DNA of 41,846 nt from an uncultured Chthonomonadaceae bacterium (GTDB lineage: Bacteria > Armatimonadota > Chthonomonadetes > Chthonomonadales > Chthonomonadaceae), in the NCBI GenBank assembly GCA_963835065.1, contig CAWIEK010000029.1:1-41846 (forward strand), read 5' to 3'. Positions 28,613-37,791 of the stretch are shown here, piece after piece. Made by a program: the position numbers and the translations under genes. Within the stretch, counting starts at the first letter, position 1. Each line of letters begins with the position of its first letter. The notes below the pieces were generated by a model, which ran no database searches, was not told the origin of the DNA, and saw nothing but the letters and a program-made list of their open reading frames with translations.

Positions 28613-31319
28613 AGGGGCCGATGAGACTGGCGCGGCGGTCGTAGGCGTTGCGAGACGGGTCGCCATACGCATAGATGAACACGATGGGGTTGCCCGGTTC
28701 CAGCGATTTCAGGTTGGGGCGGTCGGGCGGAATATGTCCCGGAATGTATTCGATGCGCAGGGTCGGGTTTTCCATGCCCTTGCTGCCCGGTCGCAGGTCG
28801 GTATCGGGATCATGTACGGCAAGCGGAATGAACTTTTTCTGCAAGGCAAGCGGCAGTTTGTTAGCTTGCAGTTCTTTGCCGTTGATCAAATCCAGCCGCA
28901 TTTCGGCGGGAACCGTTGCCAGAAACCGCCAGTGGTCGCGCAGGTTGGTGGAGCGGGCAAAGTTCCATTCCTGCAAATCGTAGCGGGCCAGCGCGCCTTC
29001 AAAAATGGTCAGCGCGTCCAGTTGCGTGTTCGACAACTGCCCGATTTCCGTCAAATCGTCCAATGTCAACGCGCCGTGTTCGCGCCGGGACGCCGCCCAT
29101 CGCGCCAGTTTACGAGCCGGAACCTCTTTGGGACGGTCATAAAACCAGCTTGTGCTGCGGAACGTGAGCCAATCGCCGTCACGAGTCCAGCGGTCGTGCA
29201 GGGTATCGCCCAATCGGTTCAGCGCGTCGAAAATGGTCGCGTTGGTTTCCGTCACTTTAGGGGGCGCGTACAGGCGCGTGTAAAAATCGCCGATCACGTC
29301 CTTGCCCGTCGCTTTGAAAATCGCTTCCAGCACATCCCCCGTCGTGCATTTCTTTCCCGCCAGTTCTCTCATTCCCTCCACATCCGGCAGATTTCCGTAC
29401 TTCAGTTCGCACGAAGGCGGTGGTTCAATCGTAACGCGCTTTTGCAGGTCGGGGTCATGCGCGTATTTCGCATTGGCAAGGGCGTTCTGCGGACTGGAAA
29501 CGGCGGGACTGTTGACTTCCGCAAGCGTGATGCCGTGCCCAATGCCGTCCTTGCCGCCGTCCGTGGTGACGTTCAGGAAAATGTCGCCTGTCAGCGTCAA
29601 TTGTCCCAACTGGCTGCGATCCAGTTTCAGTTCCGACGTGATGTTGATTTCTTTCGCGCTTGTAAGCGGCAGGCTGTCGGCGGGAATATTATGCGACATC
29701 AGGGGCGGGCCGGACGCGCCGGGATGCGGATTGATGCGCGTGTCCTCAAACGATTTGAGGATTTCGGGACGAAGCGAGGCCGGCAGGCTTCGGCTGCCGT
29801 TTCCCCCGGACATAGCAAAACTGAGCGGCTGCCCGGTTCGCAGCATTTGCATATCTTCGGGCGAAAGGCCGAAGTACAGGTTCGCCGGAAGCCAGCCTCC
29901 GCTCATTAGAGGTAACACGTAAATAGCATCCTGGGGCTTCATGGTTTTTTCCAGATTGCTCAGGCTTGTCGGGTTCATGCCCCGGAACTTGCGGTACTTC
30001 TCCATCTCTTTGTCCAGCGCAATCAGGGCTTCGTCTTGATCCTGATTGCGCGCTTCTTCTTCCAGCAGTTGTGACCGCACCGATTGCGTGAGTTCGTACT
30101 TGTACGCGCCTTCTTCTCCCTCGCGCAGCCATTGAAACCCGAAATGCTGGCTGAGTTGGCGCATAATATCGCGGACGGGCCGCGCATGGCAGTACATGGT
30201 AACGTTATCATCCGCAACCCGCGCATTGGCGGTCAGGACAAGGCCGGTTTCCTCGCTGATCTGTTTCAGCAGCGCGGACAGCGCCATTCCTTTCACGCCA
30301 AGCCGAATTTTGCGGGCAAGGCGCGTATCCACAACGGCCTTTTCCTGTGCGTAAACCGCAAGCGCCGCACGCATGGCCTGCCCGCCCCGCCCGGCAATCT
30401 GCGGCAGGGGAACCGTGATGAAATCATCCCCTTTCTGCGCGGCGGCAAGCAGGCGCGTCACTTCCGTTTCCATCGCCTGTGATTTAACCGGCGTGAGCGC
30501 GCTCCATCGGCGCAGGCTTTCGGAAGCCAGGGGGTTCAGGTAGGCAAGGTCATCCTGTGACGAAGATAAGTAGGGGGAAGCCGCCGGTTTGACAGCGACA
30601 ATGTTACGCGGCGTGGACTGCGCCGGCTTTATGTTCTGCCCTGTTTCGGCAAGCCCCGGTTCGGCAAGACTCGTAGTAAGCACCGGATACAAAGCGCGTG
30701 GTTGCGTAGCGTGGGTTTGCCGCACAATGTTGTTCAGAACAACCCTTTTCGTTACTAGGCTGTTTGACCGCTGCTGCGCAATCCGGTGTTGTTGACTATT
30801 CGCATCAAGGCGTTGTGGTACAGCGATTCGAAGTTGGTGTAAGTCTGTTTCATGTTTCCCGGCAACAGAGTTCAAATCCGCAGGAGAACTGACCTGCCTC
30901 GGCTGTATTCGGGTAGGCGTTGTGGCGACAAGTGGGGCAGGGTGGTAAACGCCTTGCGAATGAGGCCACACGCGCGGTATCCACAGGGCCAAGCCGACTA
31001 AACCGGCAAGCGTTGCGCCTGCTCCAACCCACCTCCAGCGTACAGGCAGGAAAGGAGCATTAGCAGGCCGACCCGTGACCGCCTCTTGTTGAAGCTGCAG
31101 GCGCAAGGACTCCCACGTCGCTTGCGAAGCCGGATGCGGCTGTTGCCGGGCGCTCATGGCAAGGTTCAGCGCTTGCCGGTACTCCGCAACTTCAGCGCGG
31201 CAACGGGCGCACTGCCCAAGATGCCGCTCCACCGCTGTCTTTTGCGCCTCAGGCAGCTTCTCCCAGGCGTAATCCAGCAAAAACGGCGACCATTGTTTAC
31301 AGTTTTGTCGAACGAACAT
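28557..31319 (-). CDS. zf-HC2 anti-sigma factor fused to a large extracytoplasmic region with STN/secretin-N-like domain
   Basis: C...L.DY...L......VE.HL..C..C; one TM; TRLARKIRL......LSALLKQISEETGL...V.D.MRQL; downstream of the ECF sigma. Confidence 0.75.
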   Translation of the reverse strand: MFVRQNCKQWSPFLLDYAWEKLPEAQKTAVERHLGQCARCRAEVAEYRQALNLAMSARQQPHPASQATWESLRLQLQQEAVTGRPANAPFLPVRWRWVGAGATLAGLVGLALWIPRVWPHSQGVYHPAPLVATTPTRIQPRQVSSPADLNSVAGKHETDLHQLRIAVPQRLDANSQQHRIAQQRSNSLVTKRVVLNNIVRQTHATQPRALYPVLTTSLAEPGLAETGQNIKPAQSTPRNIVAVKPAASPYLSSSQDDLAYLNPLASESLRRWSALTPVKSQAMETEVTRLLAAAQKGDDFITVPLPQIAGRGGQAMRAALAVYAQEKAVVDTRLARKIRLGVKGMALSALLKQISEETGLVLTANARVADDNVTMYCHARPVRDIMRQLSQHFGFQWLREGEEGAYKYELTQSVRSQLLEEEARNQDQDEALIALDKEMEKYRKFRGMNPTSLSNLEKTMKPQDAIYVLPLMSGGWLPANLYFGLSPEDMQMLRTGQPLSFAMSGGNGSRSLPASLRPEILKSFEDTRINPHPGASGPPLMSHNIPADSLPLTSAKEINITSELKLDRSQLGQLTLTGDIFLNVTTDGGKDGIGHGITLAEVNSPAVSSPQNALANAKYAHDPDLQKRVTIEPPPSCELKYGNLPDVEGMRELAGKKCTTGDVLEAIFKATGKDVIGDFYTRLYAPPKVTETNATIFDALNRLGDTLHDRWTRDGDWLTFRSTSWFYDRPKEVPARKLARWAASRREHGALTLDDLTEIGQLSNTQLDALTIFEGALARYDLQEWNFARSTNLRDHWRFLATVPAEMRLDLINGKELQANKLPLALQKKFIPLAVHDPDTDLRPGSKGMENPTLRIEYIPGHIPPDRPNLKSLEPGNPIVFIYAYGDPSRNAYDRRASLIGPFNATIGTFAARLEEQRKY

Positions 31320-31357
31320 AGCAGGCTCCCGTAGGGTTTTAAGGTTCTATGGTTTTA

Positions 31358-31490
31358 GGGTGTTCAGGTGTTCAGGTGTTCAGGTGTTCGGTATTCAGGC
31401 TTCCTATATTCCCTATTCCTATATTCCGTCTTCTGTCTTCTGTCTTCTGTCTTCTTGCCTAATATCTAATGCCTAATGCCTAATGCCTCA
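31358..31490. repeat. Compound array of four short tandem repeats (GGTGTTCA, CCTATATT, GTCTTCT, GCCTAAT)
   Basis: Read directly between the sigma stop and the anti-sigma start. Confidence 0.85.
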
Positions 31491-31498
31491 CTGCCTTC

Positions 31499-32128
31499 TC
31501 ACGGCGCGTTTAGCAGGGCGGAGGCCCGCGCCTTGAACAAGCGCGTAGCCCGCAGGACGCGCATTTTGGCGGTTGTGGGCGCGCAGCCCAAAATCTCGCC
31601 GATCTGTTTGTAGTCCAGACCTTCTATGATATGCAGGACAATAACATTGCGCTGTGGGGGCGGCAGGGCTTGCAGGACGCGCAGCAGCGTTTGCAGGGTG
31701 TCGGCGCGATCCAAAACAAAATGCGGGTCGGCGGCGGGGGAAGCAGGCAAGTAGCGCTCCGCTTGTTGGGCATCGAACGAAATCTCTGCTCGGCGCTGAC
31801 GGTGTTTCAGGCGGTCATAGCACAGGTTACTGCAAATGCGCAGCAGCCACGTCAGAATGGCGCTGTCCCGGCGAAACGTATGCAGGGCGCGATACGCGCG
31901 CAGAAACGTTTCCTGCTTCACGTCGTCGGCATCCTCATGGTGGCCGAGCAGATAAAACGCATGGCGAAAAACAACCTCGCCGCACTCCGCGTACACCTGC
32001 CCGAAAGCGTCAAGATTGCCCGCGCGGCATTGCGCGATCCGTTGGCTGTCCCGGCTGATCTTGTTTGCTTCGGAGTTTACCATTGCGCTCGCGTCTGCAT
32101 CGGTTTTCAAGGCCGTCATAATGCCCAT
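31499..32128 (-). CDS. ECF-type RNA polymerase sigma factor
   Basis: DADDVKQETFLRAY, TWLLRI..N, LP..QR.V..L....GL.Y.QI.E.LG; GGAGG RBS before ATG 32128. Confidence 0.92.
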   Translation of the reverse strand: MGIMTALKTDADASAMVNSEANKISRDSQRIAQCRAGNLDAFGQVYAECGEVVFRHAFYLLGHHEDADDVKQETFLRAYRALHTFRRDSAILTWLLRICSNLCYDRLKHRQRRAEISFDAQQAERYLPASPAADPHFVLDRADTLQTLLRVLQALPPPQRNVIVLHIIEGLDYKQIGEILGCAPTTAKMRVLRATRLFKARASALLNAP

Positions 32129-32190
32129 GTTTCCTCCCGTTGCTGCTATAGACTGCGCGCGGGCGTAATCGCAACAACAAATTAGGAAAA

Positions 32191-32334
32191 GGTATTCAGG
32201 TGTGCGGGTATTCGGGTGTTCAGGTGTTGAATGGCAGGTATTTTGGAGTTGATGGCGAACTTTAAGAAGAGTTGCGTTTTCACGAGCAGAGAGTGGTTCC
32301 TGCAACACCTGAAACACCTGAATACCTGATTACC
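32191..32334. repeat. Palindromic element: inverted GGT(A/G)TTCA octamer arrays
   Basis: Arms at 32191-32229 and 32303-32334; same unit as 5611-5741. Confidence 0.8.
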
Positions 32335-32345
32335 GGAGACCAAAC

Positions 32346-33080
32346 ATGACCCCGACCATAACCGACGAACAGCGACAGCAACTGGAAACGGACGGCTATT
32401 TTTTGCTGGAAAACGTGTTTACACAAGCAGAAATGGACACGCTTGCCACGCAGATCGAAGCGTATCAGCAGCGCCATGAGGAGCGCATTGCCGCAAAGGG
32501 TGGAACCGAAGGCATTTCGCGCGCCAGAGAGATTTCGTTTACGGCGTTTCTGGCGGAGCAGGATGAGGATGTGCGCCGGTTCGCCACGCGCCCGGAATTC
32601 GTTGCCATCGCCACGCAATTGCTCGGCCCCGATATTGATTTGTATTGGAACCAATCGGTTTTCAAAGGGCCGGAGGGAGAAAAAGAGTTTCCCTGGCATC
32701 AGGACGACGGGTATACGCCCGTTTCACCCTCACCGTACCTGACGTTGTGGCTCGCGCTCAACGACGCCACTGAAGACAACGGTTGCATCTGGGTACGTCC
32801 CGGCTCACACAAAAACGGCCTGGTGGAACACAAGCCCTCGCCCATCGGCCTGATCTGCCATGCCTCCGACGATCCCGATCAGGGCGTCCCGGTTCCCGTA
32901 AAAGCCGGTTCCCTCGCCGTGTTTTATTCGCTGACCATGCACAAAAGCGGCATCAACCGCTCGCAGGGAACACGCAAAGCCTACATTCTCCAATACAGCC
33001 ATGCGGGACTGAAAGACCTGCGCACGGGCAAGGTAATGGCCGACAAAATTCCCGTCGCCCGCGCCGGACAAGCTGCCTGA
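32346..33080 (+). CDS. Phytanoyl-CoA dioxygenase (PhyH) family protein
   Basis: WHQD, W.AL.DAT..NGC....PGSH, H.SG.N.S...R. Confidence 0.92.
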   Translation: MTPTITDEQRQQLETDGYFLLENVFTQAEMDTLATQIEAYQQRHEERIAAKGGTEGISRAREISFTAFLAEQDEDVRRFATRPEFVAIATQLLGPDIDLYWNQSVFKGPEGEKEFPWHQDDGYTPVSPSPYLTLWLALNDATEDNGCIWVRPGSHKNGLVEHKPSPIGLICHASDDPDQGVPVPVKAGSLAVFYSLTMHKSGINRSQGTRKAYILQYSHAGLKDLRTGKVMADKIPVARAGQAA

Positions 33081-33107
33081 CAACAATCAGGCCAAACAGG
33101 AGATAGA

Positions 33108-34169
33108 ATGACAGCTGCATCCCTGCCCGAAAAACTGGAGCGTTCCCCACTTCATGACAGACTGCGCCTGCGTAACTTTACCTGCTTTCAGGATCAGACA
33201 TTTGAATTCGTTGAGAATGTCAACGTATTTGTTGGCGAAAATGGGACGGGAAAGACACATGTAATGAAGGCGCTCTATGCCTTCCAAAAAAAGCAGGCTA
33301 CGCGCAGAAACTTGCCTCTGGATCAGGTGCTGCGTGAACTTTTCCAGATTGACACGACCAGCGAGTTGATCTCTAAAGGATCCGGTGAGTGCGCAGACGC
33401 GGTCATTGCAGGCGTATATGGAACGCATGATTGGCAAATTGACATTCCGAGAGTGCCGTTACAGGGCGCTGTTAAGGACATGAAAATCATTCAGCCACGT
33501 CCTGAACAGCCTGTGTTTATTCCTGCGATGGATATGATTGGACATACCAAAGGTTTGCTTGAATCCGCGAACAGAGAAGAACTTGATTTCGACTCCACGT
33601 GCCTTGATTTGGTGAGTTATCTTGGCTCAAAACGCAAGGCCACTCTGAGAGAGCGTCAGGAGGTAGAGGCAAAACTGCGCGAAGTCGTCACAGGCGACAT
33701 TGAGCAGGATGAAACCAAGCGGTTCTATCTTGTCACAGAGCAGGGACGCTTTCCCATGCCAATGGTGGCGGAGGGCATTCGCAAAGTTGCAACCCTGCGC
33801 AAACTAGTAGAAAATAATTGGATTACTCAGGGAGCCACTTTGTTTTGGGATGAACCCGAAGTAAATCTGAATCCAAAAATTATGGATGAAGTTGTCGAAG
33901 CATTGCTGATGATCAGTCGTCGCGGCGTTCAAGTCTTTCTCGCTTCTCACAGCTATGTCATTCTAAAAGAATTGGAAGTGAAACAGATTCCGGGTGATAA
34001 GGTTCGCTATTTTGCCTTTGCCTGCTCCGAAAACGGCACGACCGTTCAACCGGCAGACACCTATCTGGATTTGTACCCGAACGCGATTGAGGAGCAGTAC
34101 GCCAGCCTGTACAACGAATCCATACAAAAGGAAATAGAGCGGCTTGAGGAGGAAGCGCCCCATGCGTAA
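33108..34169 (+). CDS. AAA_21/AAA_15-type ABC ATPase
   Basis: Walker A GENGTGKT, AEGIRK signature, Walker B LFWDEPE.NLNP, SHS switch. Confidence 0.9.
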   Translation: MTAASLPEKLERSPLHDRLRLRNFTCFQDQTFEFVENVNVFVGENGTGKTHVMKALYAFQKKQATRRNLPLDQVLRELFQIDTTSELISKGSGECADAVIAGVYGTHDWQIDIPRVPLQGAVKDMKIIQPRPEQPVFIPAMDMIGHTKGLLESANREELDFDSTCLDLVSYLGSKRKATLRERQEVEAKLREVVTGDIEQDETKRFYLVTEQGRFPMPMVAEGIRKVATLRKLVENNWITQGATLFWDEPEVNLNPKIMDEVVEALLMISRRGVQVFLASHSYVILKELEVKQIPGDKVRYFAFACSENGTTVQPADTYLDLYPNAIEEQYASLYNESIQKEIERLEEEAPHA

Positions 34170-34665
34170 GCAGGAGGGAACGCTTGTATTTGAATTCACG
34201 ACGGCGTTGGAAGCGGTTCAGCCTGAAGTTTCAGCACAGCCTCTAAAGTGCGTTGATTTTCTGGTTCAGGAAAGCGATGCAACGTGGATGATTGAAGTTA
34301 CAGACGCACTGAAAGCATCCCCACAGGAACTGAAAGCCTCAATCGCCGAACTGTTGGGGCAGATGCGGAGTGGCAACCTGTCCAAAGATATGCTGATGAA
34401 GCTCTACGGCACACATGCGTATATGGCACAGGAGCGAATCGAGCCGGGAATGAAAGTGTTCTTTTGCGTTGTTCTTGGACTGCCTTCTTTGGTAGGCAAA
34501 GAAGACAATGCACAACGAATCCGCATCCGGGATGAAATGCAGCGCATCACAAACCGCATTGGCCCCAGTTTCCACGGCACGACAAACCGGCCAGTTATCA
34601 AGGTTGAGTCCGTTGCTTCGTGGAATGACAATCATGTGTCCATCAAGGCAGAACGCCTTTCATAA
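34162..34665 (+). CDS. Hypothetical protein coupled to the ATPase, PD-(D/E)xK-like pattern
   Basis: GGAGG RBS; 8-nt overlap with the ATPase stop; KCVDFLV......MIEVTD. Confidence 0.7.
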   Translation: MRKQEGTLVFEFTTALEAVQPEVSAQPLKCVDFLVQESDATWMIEVTDALKASPQELKASIAELLGQMRSGNLSKDMLMKLYGTHAYMAQERIEPGMKVFFCVVLGLPSLVGKEDNAQRIRIRDEMQRITNRIGPSFHGTTNRPVIKVESVASWNDNHVSIKAERLS

Positions 34666-34834
34666 ACGAAATGGAAAAAGTTTGCTGACGGACATAGAAA
34701 ACTGGAAACGGTTTGCTTTGTCTGAACGATTGCCTATTGACGATACATCTCTAAGGTGTAGTTCGTCTAACGTGTGGTCTTCCGTTTGTCCACTGCCGGC
34801 CTGCGCGCAGGCCGGGTTTCAGGGAGGTGCTTCC

Positions 34835-35747
34835 ATGCGAACGTTTCGTAGCATGTCTGTCCGTGTCCCTCTGGCGCATTATTCCCGCGCAGCGCTGCTG
34901 TGCGCTGTGGGCCTGTGCGCCCTGCCGCAGTATGCCCACGCGCAGCAGTCCAACTCGGTTCCCGTACTCGGCGACTTGCCGGTGATTGGCCGCTTGTACC
35001 AAACGCCCCCGGTTGCCCGTTCTGCGCGATTTGCCGATTATAAGGCGGTTGTTTACCAACAAGGTGTATCGCGTACAACCCGCCGCGCCTGTGCAGTCGA
35101 AGAAACCCGGCAAACCGGCTGAACTGCCGCTCGTCACCGTCGAAGCCCGTAATGCCACGCTTGGAACGGTCATTTCACAATTGATGGATCAGGTGGATAT
35201 CAGTTACACGCTGAGTTACCACCTCGAAAAAGCGCCCGTAGGTAATTTGAGATTACTCAAGGTGCCATTTGACGTGGCGCTGCGCGCAATCCTGAAAAAC
35301 ACGGCTGACCGCGTCACTTTCACCCGCGAGGATGGCATTATTCGCATTCTGTCCCCGGCCCTATTGGATGCGGAACAGCAGCCTCCCCTTCCGGTTACAC
35401 CTGCAGCGCCCGCCGAAAAGACGGCCACTCCCGACGTGCCCGTTCCCGTAGAGCCGACAAAACCCGTCGCCACCGCCAATGTGGAAGCGCCCGACAATTC
35501 GCTCCCCGGCGCAGACGCGAAGTTTTTCGTGGACATCAATGACGGTTCGCTGTACGGCGCGCTCAAATTGCTGTTCGCGCAGGCCAAACTCAACTACATG
35601 CTGTCTCCCGCGCTGCGCGACTACCATGTCACCGCGCGCATCCGCAGTCAGGGATTCCGTACAACTCTGGAAGCCCTGCTCAAAGCCAGCGACCACCCGC
35701 TCACGTATCGCGTGGAAAATGGCATGTATCATATCGTGCCCAAGTGA
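34835..35747 (+). CDS. Secreted protein with two STN-like domains, frameshift near 35005
   Basis: GGAGG RBS; signal peptide ending AHA; two V.V....A.L...I..L..Q....Y.L repeats ending TFTREDG and TYRVENGMY.I. Confidence 0.75.
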
Positions 35748-35825
35748 AAGTGGAGAGTGAGAGTGAAGAGTGAGAGTAAAAGCAATGAGCTTTTCTCTCA
35801 CTCTTCACTCTCACTCTCCACTTTC
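35746..35825. repeat. Palindromic element with GAGTGA(A) arms
   Basis: GAAAGTGGAGAGTGAGAGTGAAGAGTGAGAG and its reverse complement, starting at the stop codon of the upstream gene. Confidence 0.85.
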
Positions 35826-35927
35826 TTGTAACCCTTCTGCGCCTGCCAACGTCCAATCCCCGGCGGTACATCCGCTTGCCGGGGAGTTGCTTTGGGCGCG
35901 TGGAAGAGTGGGAACAGGAGCCGAAGG

Positions 35928-36671
35928 ATGATTTTTCACCGTTTGATTGATAAACGTTTGAGGCGTGTTGGGGCAACGGCTTTGACGCTGCCCGCAGTTT
36001 TGGCAATGGGACTGATGGCCGCAACGCCGGGCAGGGCGCAGGAAGCGTCGGGAACTCCGAAGATGCCTGCCGCGCCGTCTGACAAGGTGGTGTCGGTGGA
36101 CGCGGAAGACGCGATGCTGGCAAGCGTGCTGACCACGCTGATGCAAAGCGTCGGCGCGAACTACACGCTGGACAACAGCCTGCGCGCGGTTCGCGTCACG
36201 GCGCACCTGCACAACCTGCGGCTCGACACCACGCTGGATGTGCTGCTGCGCAGCGCCATCCCGCCCTACACGTACCGCTATGAAAACGGCGTGTACAGCT
36301 TTATCCCCAAAACCGAGCCAACTGCGCCCGAAATTGTCGGAACCGAAAACGAGGGTACGCCTGCCCTGAGCGGCTTGAAACACATTCAAGTGGTGAAGGT
36401 CAACTTCATTGATGCGGCATTGGCGGCGCAAATTCTGGGCGGGATTCCCATCCGAACGCCGGAAGGACAGACGTATGGTTTGGTGGACCCCCTGAAGCTG
36501 AATGGCGCGATTACCTCGCCGCTTTCGGGTGGCGCGAACGGGGGCGGCGCGGCAGGAGGAACCTCGCCGGGTGGAGGGAATGTGGCTGCGGGCGGCAATG
36601 GACAGAACAGTACGCTTCCCGCCAACCTCTTCGACTATCTCTGGATCGTCAACGCGGGCGCGTACCGCTAA
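35928..36671 (+). CDS. Secreted STN-domain protein (secretin N0-like, no secretin barrel)
   Basis: AGGAG RBS; signal peptide; VSVDAEDAMLASVLTTLM...NYTLD...VTAHL.N..LDTTLDVLL...TYRYENGVY; KVNFIDAALAAQILGG. Confidence 0.78.
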   Translation: MIFHRLIDKRLRRVGATALTLPAVLAMGLMAATPGRAQEASGTPKMPAAPSDKVVSVDAEDAMLASVLTTLMQSVGANYTLDNSLRAVRVTAHLHNLRLDTTLDVLLRSAIPPYTYRYENGVYSFIPKTEPTAPEIVGTENEGTPALSGLKHIQVVKVNFIDAALAAQILGGIPIRTPEGQTYGLVDPLKLNGAITSPLSGGANGGGAAGGTSPGGGNVAAGGNGQNSTLPANLFDYLWIVNAGAYR

Positions 36672-36691
36672 AAAGTTTGTTGCTGAAACTC

Positions 36692-36828
36692 TTCACCACC
36701 AAGACGCCAAGAACACCAAGAAAAATAACGAAAAGGGCATAGCAGTAAAGACGGCTTCATTCTTTCCTGCATTTTCACAACGTCCTTCTTCTCGTTCTGC
36801 TTGGTGTTCTTGGTGTCTTGGTGGTGAA
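36692..36828. repeat. Palindromic element with nonamer arms CACCAAGA(C/A)
   Basis: TTCACCACCAAGACGCCAAGAACACCAAG and CTTGGTGTTCTTGGTGTCTTGGTGGTGAA between convergent genes. Confidence 0.88.
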
Positions 36829-36842
36829 AAGTAATCCTATAG

Positions 36843-37571
36843 TCAAAACAGCGTCGTTTTCGGGGCGCGTTTGGCTTCAATGACTTTTTTGCGGGCGGAA
36901 GCGATGTCGTCAACGAGGGCGCGGCGGGCGGTTTCGTAGGCTTCGCCTTCCAAACGCAGAATGTACGCGGGATGCCAGGCCGCCATGACATGATGGGCGT
37001 AGCGGGTTTCAAACCACCGGCTGCGCTCTTCTTTCATTTTGAAGCCTTTATGAATGATCGCGCTGGCGGCAGGCGCTCCCAAACATAAAATAACGAGAGG
37101 CTGGACAATCTCTATCGTCTGTTCCAGCCAGGTGGAACACGCGCGGGTTTCGTCGGGCGTGGGCGGGCGGTTGTTGACGCGCCCGGCTTCCACGAGGGTA
37201 GGGCGGCAGCGCACGACATTGGTGATGTACACATGCTTGCGCGTGATGCCGTTTTCGCGCAGGCACTGATCCAGCAGCGCGCCCGCGCGCCCGACAAATG
37301 GCCTGCCCGTCGCGTCTTCGTTCTGTCCCGGCCCTTCGCCAATCAGCATCAAGGGCGCTTCCGGGCTGCCGTCGCCGAAAACAACATTGGCGCGGGTTTT
37401 GGCAAGGTCACAGGCGACGCAAATGGACGCTCGCTCCGCAATCCGCGCCAGTCGAACGGTTTTGCTTTCCGTTGGTTCCGCCGAAGCAGGCTCTAAAGAA
37501 CCTGCTTCCAAAGAAGCTAAGGAAGCTGCGGTTACATAACGGGAAGATTGCTCTTGTATCTCATCCGACAT
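36843..37571 (-). CDS. Uracil-DNA glycosylase, family 4 (Fe-S)
   Basis: C..C.L, IGEGPG..ED..GRPFVG.AG, NVVRCRP, NRPP...E...C, HPAYILR. Confidence 0.93.
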   Translation of the reverse strand: MSDEIQEQSSRYVTAASLASLEAGSLEPASAEPTESKTVRLARIAERASICVACDLAKTRANVVFGDGSPEAPLMLIGEGPGQNEDATGRPFVGRAGALLDQCLRENGITRKHVYITNVVRCRPTLVEAGRVNNRPPTPDETRACSTWLEQTIEIVQPLVILCLGAPAASAIIHKGFKMKEERSRWFETRYAHHVMAAWHPAYILRLEGEAYETARRALVDDIASARKKVIEAKRAPKTTLF

Positions 37572-37669
37572 CGTGCTGTGCCTTCATGCCAAACAGGTTT
37601 TGAACTCGATCTGCGACAGGCGCGTTCCTCTTTATAGCATCGCGTTAGACCGGGTGCTGCAAATACTTG

Positions 37670-37791
37670 TTCCGGGGCTTTGCAATCCCCGGCAGGAAAG
37701 GTCAAGCGTCCTGCGGACGCACAATTCAAAGAATAGCATTGCGTCCGAAGGACGCTTGTTTTATATTGCCGGGGATTGCAAAGCCCCGGAA
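37670..37791. repeat. REP-like inverted doublet of hairpins
   Basis: TTCCGGGGCTTTGCAATCCCCGGCA..CAAGCGTCCTGCGGACGCA and inverted TGCGTCCGAAGGACGCTTG..TGCCGGGGATTGCAAAGCCCCGGAA. Confidence 0.8.

Noticed and set aside
28422..29909. 495-aa plus-strand ORF and similar long antisense ORFs (e.g. 937..1626, 40858..41700)
   Set aside because: Shadow frames opposite well-supported genes in GC-rich DNA; no motifs
36843..37571. UdgX-type suicide glycosylase
   Set aside because: Has NVVRCRP...NRPP of ordinary family 4 and lacks the KRRIH loop
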